A stretch of DNA of 64,000 bases from an uncultured Azospirillaceae bacterium (GTDB lineage: Bacteria; Pseudomonadota; Alphaproteobacteria; RF32; CAG-239). Below the pieces are notes generated by a model, which saw nothing but the letters and a program-made list of their open reading frames with translations, did no database searches and was not told the DNA's origin. Where the stretch lies: NCBI GenBank assembly GCA_964655915.1, contig CAZZNV010000001.1, positions 10,012 through 74,011 of the forward strand. Direction: 5' to 3'. Below are positions 1 to 10,220 of this stretch, piece by piece (the first letter of the stretch is position 1; each line of letters starts with the position of its first letter). The position numbers and the translations under genes are program-made.

Positions 1-1
1 T

Positions 2-1027
2 ATGGATAAACTGCTGAAAACCATTCAAGCCATTACAAACAAAGCCTCTGACACAATGATTTTGGGTGATGCGATTATGTGTTACGCTACTCTGGATAAA
101 GGTGGAGCTTGGCATGTTTGGACTTGGCACTTTACAAACGGTATTATGTGGATAGAAGGCGCTATCATCTGGCTTTTCAGTTTTATGTTTGTTTTGGCCG
201 TGGCTTATTACCTTTTGGACATCTGTTTCAAGCTCGGGTTTGCGGCTATCGCCCTTCCGATTGTGGTTGGATTGTGGCCCTTTAAGTTAACCTCCAAAAG
301 GTTGGCCGCCTGTGTGAGCATTATCCTTAAATCAGCGGCATTGCTCGTGTTCTTAGCCATCGGCGTGTCTTACGGGGTGAAAATGATAGACGTGGTCTTA
401 GAAGGCAAAGACGGAGTTCAAAACGAAGCAAGGAAGCAAGACAACAGCAGGACCCAAAATAAAGGCGGAATAAAGGAGTTGCTGGATAGAATGAACCCCG
501 TATTCTCTTCATCTACCAAAGATATAGAGATTCTTACTGAGAAAGAATATGAGGATCGGAAAAAGAGCGAAAAAGAACGTATGATGCGAGAAGTCGGAGC
601 GACAAATGATGAAGATCTTGATGAAAAATTAGGTGAAAATCTGGCCTATGTAGAAGCAAGGTTGCAGTTGTTTGGCATCAACTTTACTTTAATTGTCTTT
701 GCATTTTTGTACGCCTTCAAGCTCGTGCAACAAACGGCGAATGATATCGTCAATAAATTCTTTAGTGATGAGGCTTTCGGCGACCAGAATCCTATGCACC
801 ACTCAGCAACGGCTGCCACCGATTTGGTAACAAAACCTGTACGCAGCGCGGCAAAGTGGGCGGGTGACGTTGCTGTAAATTACGGCTCAAAAGCCGCCGG
901 AAAAACAGCCCGATGGGCGGGAAAAACAGCGGTCGGCGTTGTGGCACACCCCATACGCTCTGCCACACGAGCGGTCTCCGGTGCTAAAAATGTTGTTAAG
1001 AATATTTCATCACGACTGAGTAAGTAA
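2..1027 (+). CDS. VirB6/TrbL-like polytopic membrane protein, likely 5'-truncated by window edge
   Basis: Frame is open to position 2. Several hydrophobic helices with conserved Trp (WHVWTWHF, IIWLFSFMFVLAVAYYLLD, IALPIVVGLWPF) then a hydrophilic tail. A second VirB6-like gene follows in tandem. Confidence 0.45.
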   Translation: MDKLLKTIQAITNKASDTMILGDAIMCYATLDKGGAWHVWTWHFTNGIMWIEGAIIWLFSFMFVLAVAYYLLDICFKLGFAAIALPIVVGLWPFKLTSKRLAACVSIILKSAALLVFLAIGVSYGVKMIDVVLEGKDGVQNEARKQDNSRTQNKGGIKELLDRMNPVFSSSTKDIEILTEKEYEDRKKSEKERMMREVGATNDEDLDEKLGENLAYVEARLQLFGINFTLIVFAFLYAFKLVQQTANDIVNKFFSDEAFGDQNPMHHSATAATDLVTKPVRSAAKWAGDVAVNYGSKAAGKTARWAGKTAVGVVAHPIRSATRAVSGAKNVVKNISSRLSK

Positions 1028-1062
1028 AGACTGGCGAACAAGAAATATTAAGGATTATAAAG

Positions 1063-3723
1063 ATGAAAAAGGTACTTGACATATTTAAGATACACAAAAG
1101 ATATAATCTTTTTATATTCTTGTTTGTTCTGTTTGCTGTCGGAATGCAAAATAGTGTCGTTTGGGGAATTGATGGCAGCGAAGCATATATTATGGTGGAA
1201 AAACCTAGTGGTGGAGTTCAGGCCGGCTCAAATGTTGCAGCTGAAGGAATGGCCAGAGCTGCTGGAGCCGATGAGTTAGCTGATAAAATTAAGGAAAACA
1301 CAACAATAGAATATGAATCTAATCCTATGTTGGAGCAAATACCCTGCACACCTCTGAAATATTACAAAAATCTTAAGGGATGTTGGCTTTGCAGCTTATT
1401 TGGAATTGTGTTTGATACATCCAGTAAGGTCACCAATCTTGCTATCAGCAGACTTTCCGGTTCTGTTTTTACCGCGGTTTTGGTTGCCTTTGCCGCATGG
1501 CTGTCTCTGCAAGTCTTGATGTTTGTTTCCTCCATTGAAAAACGAGACATCAAAGACTTATTTAAGGCTATCTTTAAGCAAAGTTTTATCGTGGCTATTG
1601 TCACTATTTTGCTGAACACTAATCTTTCCTCCTTTTTCAAAACAGCTTTAGAGCCCATCTTTTCCACCAGCGTTAATGTTGCTCAGGCGGCAATAAGTAT
1701 TTCCGGCACGAAAGATGTCGCCCAACCCCAGTCCTGCTCAAAATCCGGAGGAAACGCAAAGGCTGATTTTTCAACCGGCGCCCTTCCTGAATCAATGAAA
1801 AACGGTATTCTTTGCGTTATGGAAATGGTGCAAAATCAAGCGGCTGCCGTAACGGCTTTAGGCTCAGCATCTATATGTCAATCTTTTGAAGAATGGGCTT
1901 GGTTCGTTCCGCATTTGGGATATTTACTTGTCGGGCTCGGACTATGGATTGGCGGAATGGTTCTGATTATTGCCGTGCCTTTTGTTATGATTGACTATGT
2001 AGCAGAATTGGCTATTGCGGGAGGATTGTTACCTGTCGCAGTGGGTGCTTTTGCCTTCAAACCAACCAGAGGATACTCCATCAAAATCTGGCAAACTTTC
2101 TTGCATTCGGCGTTTTCCTTTATGTTTGTCGCTGTTCTGGTGCTGATGTTGACCACGGCATATATTCAGGTGCTTGACTCTTCTTATAAACCGGCAAACG
2201 GAGCAAAACTCAGCTCTCTTATTTTAAGCGCTGATTTTAATATTGCCGCCTTTACATCGCAAATGCATTGGTGGTCTTCCGCCTTTTTGAAAGTTGTGTT
2301 TGCGCTTATGTTGGCTTGGACCATGATGGGAAAAGCCGGTGAACTGGCCGGAGATTTCTCCGGTGGCAAGATTGGAACGGAGGGCATAGGCTCTTCTATC
2401 GGGGCTATGGGCGCTTCTGCCGCTAAAGGGGCCGCGGGTAAAGTGGGAAAGCTCTCATGGAGTGCCGCAAAATCAGTTGGAACAGAAGTTGGACAAGCCG
2501 GACGGCGAGCTGTATTTAACAGGCAAGTAGCCAAGGCTCAAAGATTAGGAACGGCAACAAGAAATGCTGACGGGTCGACCACTTACACACGAACCAGCCG
2601 CACCCTTTTGGGGCGAACAAAGACAACTAACGTTACTATTGGTGCTGACGGAACGGCTAGCCTGAAAAGCGTAAAATCTTCTAAAAGCGGTAAAAAACAA
2701 TGGGTTAAAGAAAAAGACAAGAACATCAGCGTTTCACATAAAGAACGTAAGGGCAAAGATGGAACAATGCACAGAGTGGGCAGTGAGACTGTGCGTTTTA
2801 ACAGCAACGCAGTTAATAAACTTGTGAAAAAAGACGGAACGATAAACACGGCTGCATTTAATCAAATGATGACTAGTAGCACCGGAGACGCACAAAAAAT
2901 GGCTATTATGAAAAATGTTATGGAGCGTCAGGTTCCCGGTAGCGGAGGAAGAATCTCTAATCAGGCACTTCTTAAAGATGCTAGCGGCAAGGTTGTCGGA
3001 TATCGTGCGACAATGAAAGACGGCAGTATTCAGGAGATGGGTTTCTCGACTAAACAAGTCATTGGCAAAAATGGAAAAGTTTCCGATAAAACAATGCTTA
3101 ACTTTACAACTTTGGATAAAAACGGGAAAAAGGCTCAGACAATAACAACAGACGGAATTATACGCAAAACGGAAACATTTGATGCATCAAGATCTTCTGA
3201 TGGAAGCATTTCCATTAATGGTCCGGCAAAGAAAACTTCTTACATCTTAAATGGGGCAAATCAGAAATATATGGAAGATCGACGTTTTCATAAAATTTCT
3301 CTGAGTGATTCCGCCTTTTCAAGTGAAGAACGCAGTGCTGCTATTGCCTTCGTTACCAAGGGGCGTGGTTTCGCCGCCAGAAAAATCTTACAAAATGACG
3401 CCAACAGGAGTTCTTTACTTCAACAAAATGCCGCTCCAGCTCTTTCTCAGAAGCAATCTGCGGCTCCTGTTGCTGTCACTAAACAGCAAGCTCTCAACCT
3501 TTTGACCGGGGCGAAGCAGATGTCTAAAGGAGAATTCAGAAAGCTTCAGGAAACTAACGAATTCAAAGCTTTAGATAAAGACCGCAGAGACATACTGACC
3601 AATATAAACAGATATAAAAACCAAATCGGCGGAAACACTTCAAAATCCAAGGCAAGCGATCTCAATGCCCGCATTATAAATCAGGATAATAAATTCAGAC
3701 ATCTGACTAATAACAACGATTAA
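1063..3723 (+). CDS. VirB6/TrbL-family inner-membrane protein with long hydrophilic C-terminal extension (886 aa)
   Basis: RBS AAGGA 9 nt upstream of ATG. At least 6 TM segments in the N-terminal 450 aa (e.g. WFVPHLGYLLVGLGLWIGGMVLIIAVPFVMIDY, MHWWSSAFLKVVFALMLAW) as in TrbL/VirB6. A roughly 450-aa K/T/S-rich tail follows, as in Rickettsiales VirB6 paralogs. Confidence 0.6.
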   Translation: MKKVLDIFKIHKRYNLFIFLFVLFAVGMQNSVVWGIDGSEAYIMVEKPSGGVQAGSNVAAEGMARAAGADELADKIKENTTIEYESNPMLEQIPCTPLKYYKNLKGCWLCSLFGIVFDTSSKVTNLAISRLSGSVFTAVLVAFAAWLSLQVLMFVSSIEKRDIKDLFKAIFKQSFIVAIVTILLNTNLSSFFKTALEPIFSTSVNVAQAAISISGTKDVAQPQSCSKSGGNAKADFSTGALPESMKNGILCVMEMVQNQAAAVTALGSASICQSFEEWAWFVPHLGYLLVGLGLWIGGMVLIIAVPFVMIDYVAELAIAGGLLPVAVGAFAFKPTRGYSIKIWQTFLHSAFSFMFVAVLVLMLTTAYIQVLDSSYKPANGAKLSSLILSADFNIAAFTSQMHWWSSAFLKVVFALMLAWTMMGKAGELAGDFSGGKIGTEGIGSSIGAMGASAAKGAAGKVGKLSWSAAKSVGTEVGQAGRRAVFNRQVAKAQRLGTATRNADGSTTYTRTSRTLLGRTKTTNVTIGADGTASLKSVKSSKSGKKQWVKEKDKNISVSHKERKGKDGTMHRVGSETVRFNSNAVNKLVKKDGTINTAAFNQMMTSSTGDAQKMAIMKNVMERQVPGSGGRISNQALLKDASGKVVGYRATMKDGSIQEMGFSTKQVIGKNGKVSDKTMLNFTTLDKNGKKAQTITTDGIIRKTETFDASRSSDGSISINGPAKKTSYILNGANQKYMEDRRFHKISLSDSAFSSEERSAAIAFVTKGRGFAARKILQNDANRSSLLQQNAAPALSQKQSAAPVAVTKQQALNLLTGAKQMSKGEFRKLQETNEFKALDKDRRDILTNINRYKNQIGGNTSKSKASDLNARIINQDNKFRHLTNNND

Positions 3724-3886
3724 ATATTTTGACATAATTTTTTCGGAATCTGTTGTTTTGCCGTGATTGTTTTTTGAATATTTGTACACAAATCGTCTTT
3801 TTTTGTACTATTTTCTTGATTAATATTTTGCATCTATTAATATGCAGATAATTAATTGGTGTTCTAATTTTTATGAGGTTTATAAT

Positions 3887-4858
3887 ATGGAAGAGATTAT
3901 TTTCCCCAACCAGATAAGAATGTATCGCCGCCTGAGAGGTCGTTCCATGCAGGAGTTGGCTGACCATTTGAACGTTAGTTTGTCAGCTATTTCCAAAATT
4001 GAAAAAGGCTATCGTCGTGTGGATCAAGAACAGTTGGTGCGTGTTGCCGAGTTTTTGGATTGTCCTTTGCAGGAACTTTTTGTCAATGAACAAAACTCTC
4101 AACAAGAAATTGTTCAAGCTTGGCGCAGAGAGCAGGAACGCCGCAATAAAATTAATGAAAAAACAGGTCTTAAGACGCTTGGCGCCGGTCTACGGCAAAT
4201 TCGTAATGAAAAGAATTTGACCTTGATTGAGGTCGCCGAGAGCGCCGACATGACTCTTTCCGTATATCACCGTATTGAAATGGGACAGAGGGAAGTTTCC
4301 GATAAGGAATTTAAAAATATTGCTAAAGCTTTGAAAATTAGCTCCGAAGAGTTGCGTGACGAGATTAAGAGCCTTGATGAGAAAGGCATGTTGGAAGAAA
4401 TTATCCAGCGCAATGATGCTAAGTACAAGCTATTATCTAATCCTCGGGGGGCTATTGCTTCCTTTGGAAACGCTTCTCCTGACGGAATGAAAATTTCTGT
4501 TTACGGGACTGCCGGAAAAGACGGTAATATTGAGCTTGATTTTGAAGAGGAAATCAAAAAAGTTCAACGTCCGATTCAACTTTACAATAAAAAAGATGCC
4601 TATGCCGTTAATTTGTGCACACGTCGCTTGGGCTCTTTGCTTCCGACTCGCTCTATTTTGTATGTTGACCCGCAAGATGTTGTCAGCATTGGTGATATTG
4701 CTCTGTTCTATGTCAATGAGCATGAGGCAAAGATTGTCAGCATTAGAGAAGATGATGACGGCAATTTGTATGGCATTCGTTGGAATCCTGATGAAAAGAT
4801 TGTTTTGACGGATAATGATTTGCCTCAAATACATAAAGTTGTTCTGATAAGTTTGTAA
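3887..4858 (+). CDS. XRE-family transcriptional regulator with two HTH domains and a C-terminal S24/LexA-like (apparently non-catalytic) domain
   Basis: Two Cro/C1-type HTH segments (MQELADHLNVSLSAISKIEKG; LTLIEVAESADMTLSVYHRIEMG). The C-terminus (GDIALFYVNEHEAKIVSI...NLYGIRWNP) resembles the S24 beta domain. GAGG RBS 9 nt before ATG 3887; the ORF track's in-frame ATG at 3842 is an alternative start. Confidence 0.65.
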   Translation: MEEIIFPNQIRMYRRLRGRSMQELADHLNVSLSAISKIEKGYRRVDQEQLVRVAEFLDCPLQELFVNEQNSQQEIVQAWRREQERRNKINEKTGLKTLGAGLRQIRNEKNLTLIEVAESADMTLSVYHRIEMGQREVSDKEFKNIAKALKISSEELRDEIKSLDEKGMLEEIIQRNDAKYKLLSNPRGAIASFGNASPDGMKISVYGTAGKDGNIELDFEEEIKKVQRPIQLYNKKDAYAVNLCTRRLGSLLPTRSILYVDPQDVVSIGDIALFYVNEHEAKIVSIREDDDGNLYGIRWNPDEKIVLTDNDLPQIHKVVLISL

Positions 4859-4876
4859 AATTTTTGCTTTTTCTTA

Positions 4877-4903
4877 AACCGCCTGACAGGGCGGTTTTTT
4901 TTG
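4877..4903 (+). terminator. Rho-independent terminator
   Basis: GC-rich hairpin CCGCCTG-A-CAGGGCGG followed by T8. Confidence 0.6.
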
Positions 4904-4983
4904 TTGCTTAGGCTTTGTTAACCGGAAATTTACAACATTGAGCATAGAATTAGTAGTATGGGTGATTTGTGCCCTGATTTGAT

Positions 4984-7329
4984 GTGCGGAGATTTGTTTT
5001 GCTAGATGAAAAATTAGCAAAAGAACTTAGAAAAACGAAAAAACAACGAGAAGGTGAAGAAGATCCGGTTCTCGTTGCACAACGTTTTTTAAATATATAC
5101 AGGCAACTGCATATCTTTGACGAATCAAAAAAAGTTTCTTTCAACCAGATGCTTATGGAACTTCGCCCGGAGATTAAAGCTCTGTTTTCGACTTTGCCCG
5201 GGGGAATTGTTCTTCAGGATTATATTGAGGAGTTAGAAGGAAATCCTAAAGATGAGCAGATTGTATCAGACGATGCATCGTCTGAAAGAAACCCTTCAGA
5301 CACTACTATTTTAGCAACGGCTTTGGCGGAAACACAAAAACAAGATTCTCCTGCGGTTCAACCACAAATTGTTCAACCCGTTGTTCAGACCATTCCTCAA
5401 TCGGCGACCATATCTTCTAAAGTTGAACTTGGGGCATCTTTTGCGCAGGAACTCGCCAGTGCCCTGAAAGACAATGCGACAACGCAACAAAAAGAGCTTC
5501 AGGCCGTTATTCAGACGCTTGAAAAAACACAGATGGAAATGATTAAGACACTGCAAACAGAAAGTAACGGGCGAAAAGAAGAAACTCAAGCATTGCTTCA
5601 ATTATTTTTGGACGCTCAAAAAAAACTTACCGAATCCGTGCAAAATCGTCCTGTCACTGTCGAGACAACAGCACAAGGGCAAACCTTTCAATCAACAGAT
5701 AATTCGGAATTACTTAATCAATTGGCTGCTTCGCAAGTTCAACTGTCCGAAACCCTGAACAAACGTTTTGGGGCGGAAAAAAGTTCCTCCGGCGAGAATG
5801 TTGAACAATTGGCACAATTGCTAAAACTCATAGCCGCATCACAGCAACAGATGTCGAAAATGCTTTACGCCTTGGGAGACGGCAACAAAAACAACCAACA
5901 ACAGACAGCTCTTTTATTTGAAACCGCTCAAAAACAATTTAACACGGCTCTTGATCAATTCAGTCAAGAAAGAAAGCAAAGTCATACAGAACTGGCCCAA
6001 ATGTTCAGCGCCTCGCAAAAAGAACTGGCTCAGATATTGCTGCAAAACAATAATTCATCTACGGCAACCAATCAAACAGCAAATAATATTCAAGTAAACA
6101 CCGTAGACTATTCGGCTCAGCTCAATCTTATTGCGGAACGCTTGGCTAATCTCCATCCCGCTGTTTCGGCACCGACTCTTCACCAGGCTCCTATTGTTTT
6201 GGAAGAGCATTCTTCAACACCAACCCCGGAAAACGGGCAACGCTACGAGCAACTTTTGGAGAACGGTGTCGAGCAAATACTGAAAGCTCAATCAGACCTC
6301 TATCGAGAAACAGTGCTCTTACAGACAAAAGAACTGGGTGCGACCATCAGCCAAGCCCTAAAAGAAAGCCAACAATTGTCGACTGAACAATTTTTGACCG
6401 CTCTAGAACGTATTCTTAAAACGACAACTTTTATACCGACAGAATCTCTCTCCAATCAAACCTTTATGGAGCAACCCCTTGAAAACTATCAAGCTCCGAT
6501 TGCTTTCAATAATGAGGAAATGAGTTTACCAGAACAGCCCGTTGTTATGGAAACTTACGTTGACACATCTTCAGAACCGGAAAATGTCGCCGCAGAGGAA
6601 GCCGTTGTTCCTGATATAGCGCCTTTTGAAGAAGAACCTTCGTCTACAAAGAAAAAGAAAAAAAAGAAGAGGAAAAAAAAGGATAACCACGAAAACGTTG
6701 AACCACAGACAATGCCTGAAGCGGACGATTTCGGGTTAGGATTAGAAGACACCCCCCTCTCTTCTCTGACTGAAACTCCTGTATTTGATGATGTTTGGTC
6801 GGACGTTCCACCTGCGGAGGAAGTCTTTGAAAAAGAAGAAATCTTTGCGGAAGAAGAACCTGAGGATTTTCAGATGGCACCTTCTCCAACGGAAGATTTT
6901 TTTGTTGAAGAGGATAACGCTTCTGACTCGGGAGAAGATTTTGATGATCCGGCGCTTTGGGGATTTAAAACGGAAGATGAGCCTTCCGAAAAACAAGTTT
7001 CCGCACCGTCAGACACCAACGACTGGGAATGGGAATATGTTGAAGAAGAAGAAGAAAAAGAAGGCGAAGGAGATGGCGACACACAAGATTGGGAATGGGA
7101 ATATGTTGAAGACGAATCGACTTCCAGCAATGAAACTCTGAAACCTATCAACAATAATTCCGCTATTTACAGCGGAGATCTTTATTTTCATAAATCTACG
7201 AGAACAAATACTTCTCTTCCGCAAACGGACAGCTTGCCGGAGATTGAGCCCCGAAACATTGCGATTAAAGATTCTCTTACGAGTGAAAAGAAGGAAGACC
7301 CCTATCAAAATAGTCATCCCAAACATTAA
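4984..7329 (+). CDS. Hypothetical acidic, Q/E-rich low-complexity protein with lysine tract and duplicated DWEWEYVE motif
   Basis: Long ORF with GTG as first in-frame start; the true start is uncertain. Contains KKKKKKKRKKK (encoded by A-rich runs near 6650-6690) and two copies of TxDWEWEYVE(E/D). Predicted coiled-coil, Q-rich centre. No recognisable enzymatic motif. Confidence 0.4.
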   Translation: MRRFVLLDEKLAKELRKTKKQREGEEDPVLVAQRFLNIYRQLHIFDESKKVSFNQMLMELRPEIKALFSTLPGGIVLQDYIEELEGNPKDEQIVSDDASSERNPSDTTILATALAETQKQDSPAVQPQIVQPVVQTIPQSATISSKVELGASFAQELASALKDNATTQQKELQAVIQTLEKTQMEMIKTLQTESNGRKEETQALLQLFLDAQKKLTESVQNRPVTVETTAQGQTFQSTDNSELLNQLAASQVQLSETLNKRFGAEKSSSGENVEQLAQLLKLIAASQQQMSKMLYALGDGNKNNQQQTALLFETAQKQFNTALDQFSQERKQSHTELAQMFSASQKELAQILLQNNNSSTATNQTANNIQVNTVDYSAQLNLIAERLANLHPAVSAPTLHQAPIVLEEHSSTPTPENGQRYEQLLENGVEQILKAQSDLYRETVLLQTKELGATISQALKESQQLSTEQFLTALERILKTTTFIPTESLSNQTFMEQPLENYQAPIAFNNEEMSLPEQPVVMETYVDTSSEPENVAAEEAVVPDIAPFEEEPSSTKKKKKKKRKKKDNHENVEPQTMPEADDFGLGLEDTPLSSLTETPVFDDVWSDVPPAEEVFEKEEIFAEEEPEDFQMAPSPTEDFFVEEDNASDSGEDFDDPALWGFKTEDEPSEKQVSAPSDTNDWEWEYVEEEEEKEGEGDGDTQDWEWEYVEDESTSSNETLKPINNNSAIYSGDLYFHKSTRTNTSLPQTDSLPEIEPRNIAIKDSLTSEKKEDPYQNSHPKH

Positions 7330-7391
7330 AATAATAATTTACAAAGCACTTAAGCTAAACTAAATTATAAGTATTGGTTAAGGAGCAAGAT

Positions 7392-8123
7392 ATGGAAGAA
7401 AACGAAAAATTCAGCGACGGCAGCAATTACCCTTCTGGCGAGAAGTTGTGGTATGTTGATAATTATATTTTGCTAAAAGACTATTATGACAGGACTATAT
7501 CTCGCGTTTCCGCTCGCTGCATTCGTACGGGAAATATTCCGATTGAAGACTACGAACATTATGGGTACATCCTTGATGTCCTTGAAGAAATCTCGGATAC
7601 AGGCACTTATATTGTCGAACACCCCGAGTTACACGATTATGTTGAGAAAAAAATAGCTGGCGGCATGGGAAATTTGAGAAAGACACTGAAGGAATTTAAA
7701 ACAGAGCTTCGAAACAATGCTACTCCGGAGATGATTAAGCCGGATAAAAATGAATTGGATAAAATGAAAGAAGCGCTTAAGGTTGAAGATAAGGCCGTAG
7801 ATCCTACGGTTGGTGCCGGAATGTCTATGGATGAGGTTATTAATAAGTTGATGAACCAAAATCAATCCGCGTCGCAGCCTGAAGCTCAATCGGCTTCTCA
7901 AACTTCGCAGGCAAATCAGCTTCAGGCTCAACAACCTGTTGCTCAACCGACCCAAGCTCAACAAAAACCAGCTCCTCAGCAACAGCGTCCACAACCACAG
8001 TCCGGACAGCAACCTCAGGTACAATCGACATCTCCCAACAATCCGGGTGCCATGAAACCGCCGGCTTTTCAACAAGTAAATACCGCAAATTCCACTCCTG
8101 TTAAAAATGAGGATAACCAATAA
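7392..8123 (+). CDS. Hypothetical protein with Q/P/A-rich C-terminus
   Basis: AAGGAG RBS 6 nt upstream of ATG 7392; the ORF track begins at 7374. Globular N-terminal 150 aa, then poly-Q/P low complexity. Confidence 0.4.
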   Translation: MEENEKFSDGSNYPSGEKLWYVDNYILLKDYYDRTISRVSARCIRTGNIPIEDYEHYGYILDVLEEISDTGTYIVEHPELHDYVEKKIAGGMGNLRKTLKEFKTELRNNATPEMIKPDKNELDKMKEALKVEDKAVDPTVGAGMSMDEVINKLMNQNQSASQPEAQSASQTSQANQLQAQQPVAQPTQAQQKPAPQQQRPQPQSGQQPQVQSTSPNNPGAMKPPAFQQVNTANSTPVKNEDNQ

Positions 8124-8127
8124 AACG

Positions 8128-9384
8128 ATGACTAAAGCTTCGCTGTTCAAAAAAGTTTGTATATGTTCTTTCCTTTGGACACTTTTAGGATGTTCTTGGA
8201 ATGATGAGCAGGAAATCGTCGTTCCGCAGGAGCCTGTTTATTCCGCTGAAGTGAAAAAGCTTGAATATCCTTCTATTCGAACACCTAAAGGAGCCAGCAG
8301 TCTTGATTTGGAAACACCTTTGCGTTGTTTTGTAAACTGGAAATCGCAACAAATGATTTCCAGCATTCCCTACAATATTAAGGCATTTAACCTCGTCCGT
8401 AACGGTCCTAATGATATTTTGCCTCGTTTTGAAGTAACGGGTTTCTCATTCGGAACAATGCCGGCAGAAAAAGCACTACTTAAGCTCACTAAAGAGGCTG
8501 ATATAAAATTGGTTGCCAAAGATGCTCCTTATGCCAGTATTTCTGCGGATAATTTGCGCGGAGAGCTTTCTGAAGTTGTCGATATGATTACCGAAGCGGC
8601 TGAAATTTATTACACATATAATGCAAACAACAAAACTTTACGGATTAGTCGAAAGGCGAACTTTAGTCTGTATGTTCCGCAATCCCGCCCTATTTTGTTG
8701 GCTATTTTAGACGTTCTTCGCGGAGCCGGAATCACTGATTTTACGGCTGACTTTGATGACTATTCCATCACCTTTGACGCTGATTACGAGTTGAAAAACC
8801 AAATATTGAATCTTATTAATTATTTCGAGGAAAATCCGATATTGGTAGCTTTTGATGTCAAAGTTTTTACGATTTATCCTTACAACGGACAAGATGTTGA
8901 ATGGCAGCAAATGTTCAATGTCTTTGATTATGGGGTTATAAAAAGCGCCAAGACAGGTGTTCTTGGACGGATATTAACGACATCGAGCGATATAAATGTT
9001 GATACTCTGAGAGGCTTTATCGGCGGACAGGCACGAGTAGATTCTATTGCCGAAGGGAAGTTTGTTGTCCCTAACTTGTGGTTTTCCAGATTTGACATCG
9101 GGAAATGTGCTCAAAGAACATCCATGGAGGCGGGACTTTCTATTTTGGCGAAAGCATCTTTTGAACAGAATGATAAAATATTCAGCAATATTACTTTAGA
9201 AGCTCAAAACGGAGAAATTACTCAATTTGATATTCGAAGTCGTCTTGGCGAAAACTTCTTAATCATTGGTATTCCTAACGAAATTTTTGGAGTTAAGACA
9301 CCAAAATCGGAGACTGTTGTTTTCATGGTGCCTCGCATTATCAGGACACTGAAAACATCGAAACATCTTGAAAAGCATTTATAA
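8128..9384 (+). CDS. Hypothetical lipoprotein
   Basis: Signal peptide with lipobox (FLWTLLGCSW). An in-frame ATG at 8107 overlapping the upstream stop is an alternative start. No recognised domain. Confidence 0.4.
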   Translation: MTKASLFKKVCICSFLWTLLGCSWNDEQEIVVPQEPVYSAEVKKLEYPSIRTPKGASSLDLETPLRCFVNWKSQQMISSIPYNIKAFNLVRNGPNDILPRFEVTGFSFGTMPAEKALLKLTKEADIKLVAKDAPYASISADNLRGELSEVVDMITEAAEIYYTYNANNKTLRISRKANFSLYVPQSRPILLAILDVLRGAGITDFTADFDDYSITFDADYELKNQILNLINYFEENPILVAFDVKVFTIYPYNGQDVEWQQMFNVFDYGVIKSAKTGVLGRILTTSSDINVDTLRGFIGGQARVDSIAEGKFVVPNLWFSRFDIGKCAQRTSMEAGLSILAKASFEQNDKIFSNITLEAQNGEITQFDIRSRLGENFLIIGIPNEIFGVKTPKSETVVFMVPRIIRTLKTSKHLEKHL

Positions 9385-9392
9385 TTTTTAGT

Positions 9393-10184
9393 ATGGTGAT
9401 TGTAATGGATATGCAAAATACGGATAACTCTAATTCTTCTGCCGGTCGCCCTCTTTTAAGAAAGGTTAAGCGTCCTATCAATAAGATGCAACCTATGAGT
9501 TCTGCATCAGCACCATCTCAGCCTTCTCAGGGGTTTGAGCGTTCGGAAACACCGTCTTTTAATACCCAAGAGCAGTATGTTGAACAACCGGCTTCGGCGC
9601 CTTCATCCAAACCAATGATGCCAACGAACAACCCTTTTGTTCAACAGATGACATCTCAATCCGATAGTGCGCCGACTTTTGATGTTAACAGCTTTCTTGA
9701 TGAAGAAATAAATCTTCCCGCTAATTATTCGAACACGAAGACTTCCTCTCAAGAGCAACTACGCTTCATTAATGAAGAAGAATATGAAAAAGAAATTTCA
9801 GGAGATACACAATCTCCGTTACCGGAATTTTTGAATAAAAAAGTATTAGTTTTAATGGGTGTGGTTCTGTTTTTCTTGGGATTTGTAACTTCTAAAGTTT
9901 TCTTTAGCGAGGCAAAGGTTGTCAGAAACGGTTTGCAAGGGGTTGTTATTAATCCCGAAGTTCCTAAGGGACGGCCGCGCTGTGGTGTTGCCGAAAAAAT
10001 GCAAGGCTGTGTTTTGTATATGATGAATCCGCAACGGCAGGAACTTAACGCCAGAGATTTTTATGATTTGGCTTCACAATTAACCGGTCGCCAGCGTTTT
10101 ATTATTGAAACGGGAAACATGCGTTATTCTAATACTAAGATACGGCCGGGAGATATTGTTCAATTAAATATACCGCCTTTGTGA
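9393..10184 (+). CDS. Hypothetical single-pass membrane protein
   Basis: ORF with one TM helix (VLVLMGVVLFFLGFVTSKVFF), S/P/Q-rich N-terminal half, and a bidirectional terminator downstream. Confidence 0.35.
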   Translation: MVIVMDMQNTDNSNSSAGRPLLRKVKRPINKMQPMSSASAPSQPSQGFERSETPSFNTQEQYVEQPASAPSSKPMMPTNNPFVQQMTSQSDSAPTFDVNSFLDEEINLPANYSNTKTSSQEQLRFINEEEYEKEISGDTQSPLPEFLNKKVLVLMGVVLFFLGFVTSKVFFSEAKVVRNGLQGVVINPEVPKGRPRCGVAEKMQGCVLYMMNPQRQELNARDFYDLASQLTGRQRFIIETGNMRYSNTKIRPGDIVQLNIPPL

Positions 10185-10189
10185 TAAAG

Positions 10190-10220
10190 TAAAAAGCTGG
10201 ATTTCTCCAGCTTTTTATTT
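10190..10220. terminator. Bidirectional Rho-independent terminator between convergent genes
   Basis: Perfect hairpin AGCTGGA-TTTC-TCCAGCT flanked by an A-run (left) and a T-run (right). Confidence 0.65.

Noticed and set aside
6555-7326. Several minus-strand ORFs (65-105 aa) overlapping the acidic protein gene
   Set aside because: All are antisense to a long coding ORF, arise from the A/T homopolymer-rich and GAA-rich sequence, and have no start signals.
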